Assembly: GCF_031769215.1 (NCBI RefSeq)
Contig: NW_026782259.1
Coordinates: 930,001-994,000, forward strand
Length of the DNA: 64,000 nucleotides
Direction of reading: 5' to 3'
DNA from: Ylistrum balloti
Lineage: Eukaryota
The notes beneath the pieces are model-generated. The model was not told where the DNA came from, searched no databases, and worked only from the letters and a program-made list of their open reading frames with translations. Below, in pieces: positions 1 through 12,091 of this stretch. How positions within the stretch are numbered: position 1 is the first letter of the stretch; every line of letters begins with the position of its first letter. A program made the translations under genes and the position numbers.

Positions 1-657
1 ATGGTGAAGATAATCAGTAATTCTCCCTTTCTGTGTTACCATGTAGATCTATGGTGAATTGATATGATGATAATCAGTAATTCTCCCTTTCTGTGTTACC
101 TATGGTGAATTGATATGTAGTAATTCTCCCTTTCTGTGTTCTAGATCTATGGTGAATTGATATGATGATAATCAGTAATTCTCCCTATCTGTGTTACCAT
201 GTAGATCTATATATGAATTGATATGATAATAATCAGTAATTCCCTTTCTGTGTTACCATGTAGATCTGTGATTCTCCCTTTCTGTGTTACCATGTAGATC
301 TATGGTGAATTGATATGATAATAATCAGTAATTCTCCCTTTCTGTGTTACCATGTAGATCTATGGTGAATTGATATGATAATAATCAGTAATTCTCCCTT
401 TCTGTGTTACCATGTAGATCTATGGTGAATTGATATGATAATAATCAGTAATTCTCCCTTTCTGTGTTACCATGTAGATCTATGGTGAATTGATATGATA
501 ATAATCAGTAATTCTCCCTTTCTGTGTTACCATGTAGATCTATGATATGAATTGATATGATAATAATCAGTAATTCTCCCTTTCTGTGTTACCATGTAGA
601 TCTATGGTGAATTGATATGATAATAATCAGTAATTCTCCCTTTCTGTGTTACCATGA
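1..657. repeat. 60-bp minisatellite in an ACP7 intron (about 11 copies visible; runs off the window start)
   Basis: Unit ATGGTGAATTGATATGATAATAATCAGTAATTCTCCCTTTCTGTGTTACCATGTAGATCT. Printed lines 301-540 are identical, which fixes the period at 60 bp. The array ends about 25 bp before the acceptor AG at 682-683. Confidence 0.97.
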
Positions 658-683
658 GGTATGGTTATAATTTCTCGTTTCAG

Positions 684-2386
684 TTTTTCTTCGGAGGTTT
701 ATTTCATTAATAATGCTTACTTCGTTTGTAAGCAATTCTATTGGCTGTTGGATGATTTAACACAAGCCAATCAGAACAGAGACAAACAACCGTGGATAGT
801 TGCAATGGGTCATAGACCTTTGTACTGTTCTAACAATGACGCTGACGACTGCACGGGCCGAATATTCGGTCATCTTGTCAAGAATGGGTAAGTAAAACGT
901 GCAGCTAAAATGCATTACATACATATGGTGGTAAAGAACAGTATTGGAATAATTTCATTCTTCATACGGGATACTTGTCTTCCAGACTTAAAACAGAAAA
1001 AAGTTTATTTTGAGTGATCGCCTATGTTTTCTTCTGACTGGAACTGTTCAGTTCTTAGGTATTAGTGTTCACGTTAGTGAAAGTACCCATCCTCGCGGCT
1101 GGTGATAAGTTTATCAAGCTTCAAACAGAGTTTCACATTGTAAACCAGAGACTCCTGGCACGACCGCACTAGAGGCACTGATATAGAATTGAAAGATAAA
1201 ATTTTAAGCACACCTTGATATAATGCTTTATCCTATGGACTAGTTACCAATGCTGTTTTCTTATTTCAGCCTTGAAGATCTCTTCTATGCTCAAGGTGTA
1301 GACTTAATACTTCAAGCTCATGAACATTCCTATGAACGTCTTTGGCCTGTTTACAAGGATAAGGTTATTGCCAAGAACTATAATCACCCACAAGCTCCGG
1401 TACATATAATTACCGGCGCCGCCGGAAGTGGAGAAGGAGCTGATCCTATAGGTCATAGAGGTAAGAGATAAGCATGCTTATTAATACTATAATTATTGAA
1501 TTGTTACAGTCTGTAATAACAACAATAAATCATGATAAGGTACATTTAATCAAGTGAGTACGATTTTTATACGCCGCCGGAGGCGGTCGTATACTGGTGT
1601 CATCTTCTCCGTCCGTATGTCCATTTCTTGTGAACGCAACTCCTCCTAAAAATAATCATCAGATTTTCACGACACTTGCTCAATGTCACCACTACAATGA
1701 GTAGATGTGCATGAAGGGGCGATTTTTCGGTTCTTTGATTTTTGTAAGATTTATGCCATTTTCAACTTTGTATCTGTAGCTTGCTCTTAGTGGAGCTTTG
1801 TGAACGCAACTCCTCCTAATCTAATGATCAGATTTTCACGAAACTAGCTCAATGTCACTACTACAATGGGTGGATTGCTGGAAGTGGCGATTTTACGGTT
1901 TTCTTGATCTTTATATTTTGTGGCGGCGTATATTGTGTCCACGGAACTCCGTTATAGTAACTTCTGATTTCTGTTACAGGTCCATGGTCAGCTTTTGCAT
2001 CAGCAGAAGGAAGCCTGAATTCCTTCGGACGTCTCGTCGTGTACAACTCGAGTCACCTCTATTTCGAGCAAGTGAAGGTCAAGGATGGACAGCCACTGGA
2101 CAGTGTATGGGTTGTCCAGTCCCATCACGGACCTAACGTACCGAACCTGAACTGTTACACTTCGGAAGCACATAATTCATGCAAGTGTCCGTTTCCATTT
2201 TATTATATCACGGTAATAATTGTGAGTGCAGTGATAATCCTGATTGTCATTTCTACGTGCATATACTGCTGTTGTTTATGGAAGAAGAAAAAGAAACCAG
2301 TTTGTTTCAAAAATTGTAGCTCCAATCCAAAACCTGTTCACGCACGCTTGCTCGACAGCGACGAAGATGAGGATTTGATAATATGA
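684..2386 (+). CDS. ACP7: Purple acid phosphatase type 7-like (Fe/Zn metallophosphoesterase), last three coding exons; 5' exons lie outside the window
   Basis: Exons 684-887, 1270-1460 and 1980-2386, all GT-AG with matching phases (2, 2, 1). Translation: FSSEVYF...QFYWLLDDLTQANQNRDKQPWIVAMGHRPLYCSN...LEDLFYAQGVDLILQAHEHSYERLWP...PVHIITGAAG...PWSAF...GRLVVYNSSHLYFEQV. It contains the GHRP and AHEHSYER metal-ligand motifs of purple acid phosphatases. The last exon adds a hydrophobic helix and cytoplasmic tail. Confidence 0.92.
1564..1958 (+). mobile_element. Non-autonomous Helentron-associated element (HINE/DINE-1-like) in an ACP7 intron
   Basis: Starts with TTTTT. Subterminal inverted repeats TATACGCCGCC (1568-1578) and GGCGGCGTATA (1922-1932). 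5' fold-back TATACGCCGCC-GGA-GGCGGTCGTATA, a GTCC-like microsatellite, an internal tandem unit of about 170 bp (TTGTGAACGCAACTCCTCCTAA at 1628 and 1798), and a 3' hairpin ACGGA-AC-TCCGT (1941-1952). This is the canonical HINE layout. Confidence 0.85.
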
Positions 2387-4439
2387 CCAACTTGTTGATA
2401 CACCCCCTGCTATTGACAAAGCGATTAATCCACTAAGGCCACTTCCTGCCTTGAGAACACTCATAACTGAAAGCTCACTAGGAAAACGTAAAATGAATAC
2501 TTAAGTGTGAAGGGATTAATAGTGCTAAATCTTAGGATCTGCCTTAAGCTGCGCTGAAAATTGATTTGCGATATATTTAGCGCGGTACGTTAACTTAACA
2601 CTCAACAAGTGTTTGCTAGCGAGATGCCTTTATATGCCATCCTGTGTAGTATAGTGACATGTTCCGTTATATAACGTGTTTTTGTGATACTTGATTTTTT
2701 CGCACGTACCAAATTTTTGCGAATCTAGCAAAACATTAAAAATGCGGAATTTGCATGTCTCATTTTTATTGTAAACGTGTTGACGTTTCTACTTGTGATT
2801 ATACTTCTGTGGAAAATAAACGCTAGATGGGATGTAAATCTCTAATTAAGTGTGACTGGTCAGGCAGACCTCCAGCTGATAATAGATATGTAAGCTATGT
2901 CCATTCTAAAGTATTCATAGCATTCTAAAGAGACCTTTCAAAACTTCTGAGGCGATGAAACTGAAAAAGTGAAAGACACATAAATTATAAATGTATATTT
3001 TGGAGATTTTCGCAAAAATTGCACAGTGCAACAATGTCCTGATATACAGGGATTTATTTATAATGATTACATTATGCTATTTTTTACGTAAACTTAAGGT
3101 GCTATAAGAAGACGACTTAATGGCAGAAGACTCCAGAATTATTGTTTCAAGTAGTTTTAAATCAGCACTGATACAGATGTTAAAGTGATGTCAATCTGTT
3201 ATCAGATATACCTACGACTTTCAGTAGGATTATAGTAGGAGTACAAACAGTACACCAATTATAGCTTTTATATCCTTGCCAATGTCGGGAACGTGCTCTA
3301 CTCTCTATGAGTTGTCAAAGGACAGGCAACGTTTGTGATAATTTAAATCGTTTAAGATCGATATCCTCTAGTGCCTTGTGTCGGGGAAAGAACACCGATA
3401 CTTTATTTGCTCTCCGTTATATGCAATACATCAGGATATGCGATAAATTTTCTCGTAGTTGAATGTGAAAAATAGGTTTGTTTAATGTTTAACCAGGGTT
3501 GTACTGTGATATCTCACAATAAAGAGTGCCAAAACAGCGTTATCAATTCACACTCAGTGACTTTGTTAGGTGTTACAAGCTATAATACGTTTTTGTACAT
3601 TTAGACAAATACTCAGAACATGCGGACTGTGCTCATGAAATGCTATTCTTTTCTATCCTTATTTTGTAGTTTGTTGAGTTTAAGTATTTTTAAACGTGTT
3701 GATATGATATACCTGTTTGACGTCATGTACAGCCCTGAATTATCGTTTTCGAAAAGAAATATTGAGGCATATTTATTATTGTGTTTATTTTCATGTAATC
3801 GACTTACTTGATTCTTTACTGCCCACACCGAATAATTCCACATACTGTTTTATACGCAAATATCAGATTGCCACCATTTTGAAGACTGTACAGTTGTATA
3901 TATCGCTGACAGTATTAATTTTTGCTAACTCCAGTTACATCTCCGGTTTTCATTTTTGTTATTTCAACTTCCTCATTCTTTTTGCCTGAATGTACATTTG
4001 ACATTTTCTTCGTTCCCTTTGGTCACTATGTTAAGGAAAACATTGTGTTAATGAGTACCTCAGTGTTTGTATAACTGTACATGTTAACTTTGACTATAGT
4101 CGATGATCTCAAGTTGTGAGAGACAAATGACTTGGATGTAGAAGTTTTGTAACCATTAGTCCAATGTCGTTGCGTATCAAATTATTTATACATAGTTTAC
4201 TCTGATAAATATGATACTGATAGACACATCCACATAAAGTATAATATATATGTAATTTACACATTTATAAATATATAGATATGTATTTTGATGGCTTTAT
4301 TTTACCGATTTATAAAATGTATAATTCCACACACTTTAATTCGACCATTGTTTAAGATATATGTACATTGTATCATTCCATTAAGCGGTACCATTTCGTA
4401 CTTAATAGACATATAATTGTGTAAATTTATACATCATCA

Positions 4440-4660
4440 GACACACTCGTAAATTATTTTAATTTTCGTAGTGAATGACCGAAAAATACTCTTTATACGT
4501 GGAAACACACGTAAATTATTTTAAATTCATATGTATATGTATAAATGTTCGTAGTTAATGGCCAAAAAACTCTTTATACGTGGAAACACACGTAAATTAT
4601 TTTAATATCATATGTATATGATTGAATTTGAATGGCCAAAAATACTCTTTAAACGCGGAA
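4440..4660. repeat. Short imperfect tandem duplication (about 75-bp unit, 2-3 copies)
   Basis: CTCTTTATACGTGGAAACACACGTAAATTATTTTAA occurs near 4488 and 4570, with a partial third copy near 4645. Confidence 0.7.
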
Positions 4661-5664
4661 AGAAAGAAATCGTTGTTTCATAGAAGGCCGCTTCACATAT
4701 GGATGCAAGGTTGAATGGTTCCGATTTAGAAACTGTGCTTGGTGTCTGTGAATAACGTGATTAATATCTAATGTTCTTCAGCATTGCTTACGATGGTTAA
4801 CCTATAACCGCGTTGAACAAGGTAAGGGATACAAACAAAACACAAATAATGACATTTTCCTGGCACTATTTTCAGATACTGACGGTATAATGAGGTTTGC
4901 TGCGGAATATTTACTTGTGAACAACATGTTTAGCACAGTTTATGAAGCTGAACATGTTGACAAAGATTGCCATTGTTTGTTAGTGTTAGGTGTCTTACCC
5001 AGTTTTGACATCAACCAGGTGATCAGCAACCTACCAAACGATAGTCAGTACAGCTAACATACTGTTACTCTGTACAAAGTTCGATCTCTCTCCGTTTGTT
5101 TCTATATCTATGATTAAGTTCACTTTAAGTTTTAAGTGTCATGTTGCAGAATTTTCAACTTTAGCGAGTCATACTATCATTTATACAACAAATACGCTAA
5201 TGTATTTACTGTTATTTGTATGTCGTGTCGTTTTAATTGTGTGTCTGAGTACTTTGTTTTATATGCGATATGTGTAACTTAATCAATCTTTAAGTATTTC
5301 TACTTCTTTTCTTGAAAATCATAAATATATTCCTTATTTACATTCCCTTTGTGTATGTTTTCAATTTTTATAATCATTTCCTCTGTATGTAGTTCAATGA
5401 TGTAACATCTGTTATTGTAAAAAGTGGTGTATCTGAGGTAGTTTATTTCATGTGTTCCTTTTTTGATGTTGTATGTACATGCATTGTTCGCGCTGATAAT
5501 TGTGTATGTATTGTGTATACAAGATGACTTATGTATTATTAATGCGAGTGTAAGAAATTTGATGGTTTATATTACGAATAATGGTATGCTTAGAAGGAAT
5601 AAAGAATTTATTAAATGAGATAAATATTGTTACAGTCGTTGAATTTCACTATCAGATAACTTGG

Positions 5665-6020
5665 TGACGTCTTGTCTATAGATAACGAGAAATTTATTGA
5701 ACACTTTCATCGAATATAACTACCAGAATTGGAAATCAAAGAAACGACAGAGTATTCTACATCAGCCACATATCTGGAATGTTTCTTATAACGAAACAAA
5801 CATAGACAGCTTTCCACCAAACTGTATGATAGCACGATAAGCGTGGTGATTTCATTTTCCCTACTGTGAATTTTTGATTTCTGGATAGCACTTCGCTGCT
5901 TCACAAAAATAGGGTGTTTACATTTCCGAGTTTCTTGGAATACGTCGTCTACTTACGGAAAAATTCGCAGCAAAGGGATTCAAATGATGTTGGTAAATGA
6001 AAATTTTACGGTCGTAAGAG
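5665..6020 (+). mobile_element. Degenerate Penelope-like retroelement reverse-transcriptase fragment
   Basis: Translation with stops and shifts: GDVLSIDNEKFIEHFHRI*LPELEIKETTEYSTSATYLE...LSTKLYD..KRGDFIFPTVNF...KFYGR. This matches the Penelope-like RT region DDVLS..IYP.ELEIKETT..SASYLD..LSTKLYDKRDDFNF.IVNF..KFYGR as recalled from family knowledge. Confidence 0.8.
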
Positions 6021-7782
6021 TGAGAAATATTTCTCGTTGTTTTCTTTATTTGTATAGTAGTCACTGATTGTTAGAGAAACTCTATGAAAGTTAGAATGAT
6101 ATGATATTGATATGACCAAACACAAGTGTTGGGAATTCACGATAGTTGTAATTTCGATGGTTGTATAGAGGTTACCATGGTCGATAATTTCTGTATCGAT
6201 ACTAGCAAATTACATTAAATTTACTATCTCATTCTCACATTCAATATGATATTTTAAAAGTTATCCATTTATTATGAAGGTTCAATTATATAGACAAAAT
6301 CCCCTATTTCTAGAGACGGGTATAACACGTAACATAAAGAAGTAAGTCACGCAACTTTAACACTTTTTTTATTTAGCTGTATCCACATAGATTCAAATGC
6401 AGATTAAGTTTTCAAAAGTTTTGAAAATTAACCAGATTTATTGAAGTGTGGAGTGTCTCCACGCCCTCTATTTTTCACATTTGTTTGTGCCGGTTCTGGT
6501 GTCTCCGACACGTCTTTCATATTTCCACATTTTAAGCTCCTAACATCACTAACGAGTCCTGGAACATTGTTTGTTCGAGGGGTTTCACTTTATCATCTAA
6601 TTCTAAAGTTGTATGAAGAAGTATTAACTTTGTTCAATTCTCTGTCATAAAAACACTATTCCGTAGTGCTATAAATCTGGGTTCAGAATTTTGCTTTAAA
6701 ACTGCTTTTAAACCTGTGTAGTAATCTGTTAATTTATATACACGTGATATCTAGGTTCGTTGGGTGCTACCACTGATAAAAGTCACACACGCTCCATAAA
6801 CAGACATTACTCAATCCATATTGACAAAGCCCAGTATCAGTATGTAAAACTCAGTTATCTTCTCCAACTATCATCTCCTGTGAAAATTATAGTGGGAAAT
6901 CAACATCTATAAAGGTGAGTCCTATCACTAATCTTAAAAACGTGTATATTTGTAGAATTGTGAAATCTATGTGAAGCGTACGTTTTTGCCAAGTAATCAG
7001 AACATTACCGATGTTGTTGCTTTAATACAAAAATGTTCGGATCAAACTTTTGCAGCGACAGGAGTACTGGTAAATGTCCTGGACGTGGTTTGTTTTGAGG
7101 ATGTTGTAGACTTTCCCGGCTGTTTTTATCTCCCTGTTCCAGTCAGGTTATCTATCGTTTACACCAGTACAGCTCACGAGGTAGTACTGTTCATAGTATA
7201 TAACGGTAGAAATGACTCCTGTCGTCGTCCATTGTTTACACAGAGATTTTATTATCCAACTTCTGTGGATATTTACGACGAAAGCAGCGATTGTCTAAGT
7301 TGTGAACGGTATAATCCTATAAGGTCGTCAGAAGAAGGAAAATAATTCTTCCTGGAATGCCAACGTTATTTGTCCCAAACATTTGATTATCACTTGTTTG
7401 ACCCCGTTCCTGCTAACGTCACGTGTCTGCAAGTCGTTAAAGCGATCAGTGCTAGTAACATTGTCGAAGGATGATATGAGAACCAGAATCCTGGAGTTTT
7501 TCCCGTGAAAACTACTTTTTTACTAATCCAAAACTTTGATTATTCTATTTTCCAACGACCATTTATTTCAACCGGAATGGTAACATAGTTCTCTAGCATT
7601 TGAGAAGTAGTGCCTTTCCTTGATTGAGACTCTACGTCATTCCACTACTAGACAATAACCTAGCAACATTTGTAAAATTATCTTAATCAAAGCAACCATT
7701 AATGAGAACAAATTGAAAATGGAAACGGAATGAGTTTTATATATTTGAAGCTGTCTTGATGCCACCGAATTGAAGTTAAAAT

Positions 7783-10700
7783 ATGCCGGTAGACGATATA
7801 GACTGGCGCCGCCCTCTCTTTAAAGTGATACTTCTAGGGGAGGTGGGCGTCGGCAAATCTTCACTGTTTCTTAGGGTAAAGGACAATACGTTCATCCAGG
7901 GGCTGCAGCCGACAGTTGGCATTGAAAGCTGCGTGAAGACGTTGTACGTCGAGGACGAAAAGGTCGCGGTAAGTAACGGTAACTTTGTCTCGATAATCTT
8001 CTACCTCAGTCTTATATCAACCCCCTCCTCCCGCTTCTTACCGTAGTGTCTACCCTGACACATCTACTGTCATGCCAAAAATGTTAAATGAATAAGTTAT
8101 AACATCTCTGTGTATGAAATGACCATTTAAAATGATACACATAAGATGATGAAATGAAGCGATGATAGAAATAAGACTCTCATGCTTAGAAAAAAAAACT
8201 CTATGTGTACCATAGTTATTTGTCGATACCATGAAATTGAAGATGTCCTTTAAAGACTCACTAGGGAACGAATATGGGACCTCAATTAACCAATGCACTT
8301 TAATGCATGCCATACAAAATGCTATTCCTCGCCGCTTTGGTATAAAACGGTTATTATCTTTATCAAAGTGACGTCTAAAGATTATTTTCTCTAACTATGA
8401 GCTATAAGAAAAAATGCAATTTAAACGACTGATGTGTCTTTCAAATTTGAAGTAAGAACCACGTGAAAACTTTTAGATACCCTTTATAAGGTTTTGTTGT
8501 GGACTGATAAATAAGTTCATTCACGATATTAGGAACTAATGGTTCTTCGTATTTCCGTGCCAATTACATGACAGTGTTAAACAGTATGACAAATGAAGTA
8601 CCAGTTTCTTCGCTTACGTCGGTAGTGCATCCTCGTATAGCCAAAGATTAGGAAATAACATACCACATTTGTCTCCATCATCTAGACAACAGATCTACAG
8701 CAGGTCTAGATTCGGAATGACATACCACATCTGTCTCCATCATCTAGAAAACAGACCTACAGCAGGTCTAGATTCGGAATGACATACCACATCTGTCTCC
8801 ATCATCTAGAAAACAGACCTACAGCAGGTCTAGATTCGGAATGACATACCACATCTGTCTCCATCATTTAGACAAGGACCTACAGCAGGTCTAAATTAGG
8901 AAATAACACACCACATCTGTCTCCATCATCTAGACAACAGATCTACAGCAGGTCTAAATCATTAAATAACACACCACATCTGTCTCCATCATCTAGACAA
9001 GGACCTACAGCAGGTCTAAATTAGGAAATAACACACCACATCTGTCTCCATCATCTAGACTACAGACCTACAGCAGGTCTAAATTAGGAAATAACACACA
9101 ACATCTGTCTCCATCATCTAGACAAGGACCTACAGCAGGTCTAAATTAGGAAATAACACACCACATCTGTCTCCATCATCTAGACTACAGACCTACAGCA
9201 GGTCTAAATTAGGAAATAACACACCACATCTGTCTCCATCATCTAGACAACAGACCTACAGCAGGTCTAAATTAGGAAGTAACACACCACATCTGTCTCC
9301 ATCATCTAGAAAACAGGCCTACAGCAGGTCTAGATTCGGAATGACATACCACATCAGTCTACATCATCTAGAAAACAGACCTACAGCAGGTCTAGATTCG
9401 GAATGACATACCACATCTGTCTCCATCATCTAGACAACAGGCCTACAGCAGGTCTAGATTCGGAATGACATACCACATCTGTCTCCATCATCTAGAAAAC
9501 AGACCTACAGCAGGTCTAGATTCGGAATGACATACCACATCTGTCTCCATCATCTAGACAACAGGCCTACAGCAGGTCTAGATTCGGAATGACATACCAC
9601 ATCAGTCTCCATCATCTAGACAACAGGCCTACAGCAGGTCTAGATTCGGAATGACATACCACATCTGTCTCCATCATCTAGACAACAGGCCTACAGCAGG
9701 TCTAGATTCGGAATGACATACCACATCAGTCTCCATCATCTAGAAAACAGACCTACAGCAGGTCTAGATTCGGAATGACATACCACATCTGTCTCCATCA
9801 TCTAGACAACAGGCCTACAGCAGGTCTAGATTAGGAAATAACATACCACATCTATCTCCATCATGTGGCAACATATTATAGTAAGTCTAGATTTGGAAAT
9901 AACATGGCACATTTGTCTCCATCAGCTGGTTCTCTGGGACACTGCAGGTGTGGAAAAGTTCAAAACGATGACCAGGAACTACTACCGCAACACGCATGCT
10001 GCCGTGCTCGTGTATGACGTTAACAATCCAGCCTCGCTCCAATATCTCTCAAAATGGGCCAATGACGCTCTTGATTTCGCTCCAAATGGTGAGATATCAT
10101 AACCAATTATCAACTGACTTGAGGTAAAAACTATGAATTAGATCTTAATTGTATGTTAATGATGTTCTTGTGTATACTTCTGATATCAAATCAGCATTTA
10201 TGAATCATCCTGAAAAAATGAACAATTGCCCATCGTGTTGATTACAAATGCAAATTTATTTGTCGAAGAAAACAAATATCTTACGTGCATATAACAACCA
10301 TTGTTTTCAGTTAACAATGATATAATACGAAAACACAAAAAGTTAAATGAAATCAAGAGATTGTTACTGTTGGAAATCTACTAGATGGATCTTTTTTTAA
10401 TGTCTACAGCCTTGAGATTTATAATGGGGAACAAATCGGATCTGGAAAGAAATGTAATAACGGACAGCACCGAGAACTTCCGCTATGCACACAATTGCGA
10501 ATGCGTACTTCCGGTTTCCGCACTAACAGGTAATGTTGAACAATGAAATAAGCAGCCGAGGACTGTGACTTTGACCAGAAGAATAAAATCAGTTAGTTAG
10601 TGTCAATGTAATACCCACGTTTCTGTCATACATTTCCGTCCATAAAATATAAAGAATTCATTATCATTCAGAATCCGAATCTTAATAACGAAGATGTAAA

Positions 10701-12091
10701 CTTTATTGAAACCTTATCACCCGGGAATCACATCGGGTGCAAACTACCAGGAAATAAATCGAGCCTTACACCTTTTAGAATACTTTATGCCCTCAAATGT
10801 TGACTGCACTGTACTCTTAGTTCAGTATGGTTGTGGAGTGGTTGTCCACCGCATGATACTGATACATTTAAGAAATTAAAATTTGAAACTTCCAAGAATG
10901 TTCCGGATTAAACATTATATGCAAGTTGAGACTCTCTTTGCTTTGAAGCTGGATTTGAAACATAAAGTTGGATTAAAGGTATATTTTTATAACAAAAAAA
11001 AAAAAAAAAAACCGATTACATGGCCTTTCTTATTTACGTAACATTCTTCCACCCTAAGTATCCTTCAATCTACTTCTAATTTAATCCTGAAGACCACATC
11101 TGATTTATGGACTACAATATACTATCAAGTCCTGTATACCGTCTACGAGGTTATGTAATGATTCCGAAACTAATACCAAGCCGACACTTAATCATAAATC
11201 ATAATAGGCAATGTTCGAATTTTACAAAGTGTGAATGTAAATATCGCTACCTTGTGAGCATTTGAAAATCTAATATTCTACTGACTATACTCATGAAACT
11301 GATATAGTTCCTCATTGGATGATATATTTCTAGTTCGCTTAACTGTCCATTTAGACCTTCGAAAGAAAATGTTTGTCATCAATTTTCGTGACAACTAAAT
11401 GTAGATCCGTTAACTCAGTACACTTCGCTATGGTTACGAGAGTTCTAATTATCTAGTACTTCTTACTCAATAATACATAAGTTCAAATAGGAATGTTCAA
11501 TGATAGATTCTAATATCCATAAACCTTATGTGATGCGGCAAGCTCCCATAATTGCCTCTTGTATTCGATTACTTGTTGCAAACTGTGAGTATTTATATAT
11601 GTGTCCGTGTCATTACAAACTCTTTCACTTAGCCACCCACTTTGGCTTTTTGTTCTATTTTTTCTGTGTGAGTTTATAAAATTTAAATATGTTTACACCA
11701 TAACCAAATCAATTCATTGTTATAAATGATCGCGGAAAAAGACCGGTATATATCTATTTGTCAGACTAATTTTGAGGTAGACTTATTGATGAGGTCACTT
11801 TGACATAATGTTTCAGCAATCGAAGGTCGATGACGCTGTTCCTTGTGTTTATAAATAAAACCAGCAAACTGTAATTATTCTTATTTTTAAACGTCTATTG
11901 ACCATACCTTAAATGTTATTTTTACAGGCGAGGGAATAGACAACGCTTTAACTATCATTGCTACAAAGCTTATGGGTGCTTACAAGACGCCATTGTTTTA
12001 CGAATCTCTGTACAACAGCACTGTAGAAATCACGAGGTATCAACCACGACAGCGAGGCAAACCACCGAGGGAGTGTTGTCAGACGGTTTAA
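7783..12091 (+). CDS. Rab-family small GTPase (about 210 aa, divergent; subfamily not assigned)
   Basis: Exons 7783-7968, 9926-10088, 10410-10529 and 11928-12091, GT-AG with phases 0, 1, 1. Motifs: G1 GEVGVGKS, G2 PTVG, G3 WDTAGVE, RabF-like MTRNYYR, G4 GNKSD, G5 VSALTG, and a C-terminal CCQTV prenylation-type motif. AATAAA at 12519. Confidence 0.92.
8657..9925. repeat. 62-bp minisatellite (about 20 copies) in Rab intron 1
   Basis: Unit CATACCACATCTGTCTCCATCATCTAGAAAACAGACCTACAGCAGGTCTAGATTCGGAATGA; unit starts at 8721 and 8783 give the 62-bp period. Two variants (GATTCGGAATGA and AATTAGGAAATAA) occur in blocks. Confidence 0.97.

Noticed and set aside
1852-2136. 94-aa and 61-aa ORFs overlapping the HINE and the last ACP7 exon
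   Set aside because: Alternative-frame or antisense shadows of the real exon and the transposon.
6971-7640. 124-aa ORF and coding-like composition upstream of the Rab
   Set aside because: No recognisable domain, non-ATG start, and multiple stops on the opposite strand; possibly an old element.
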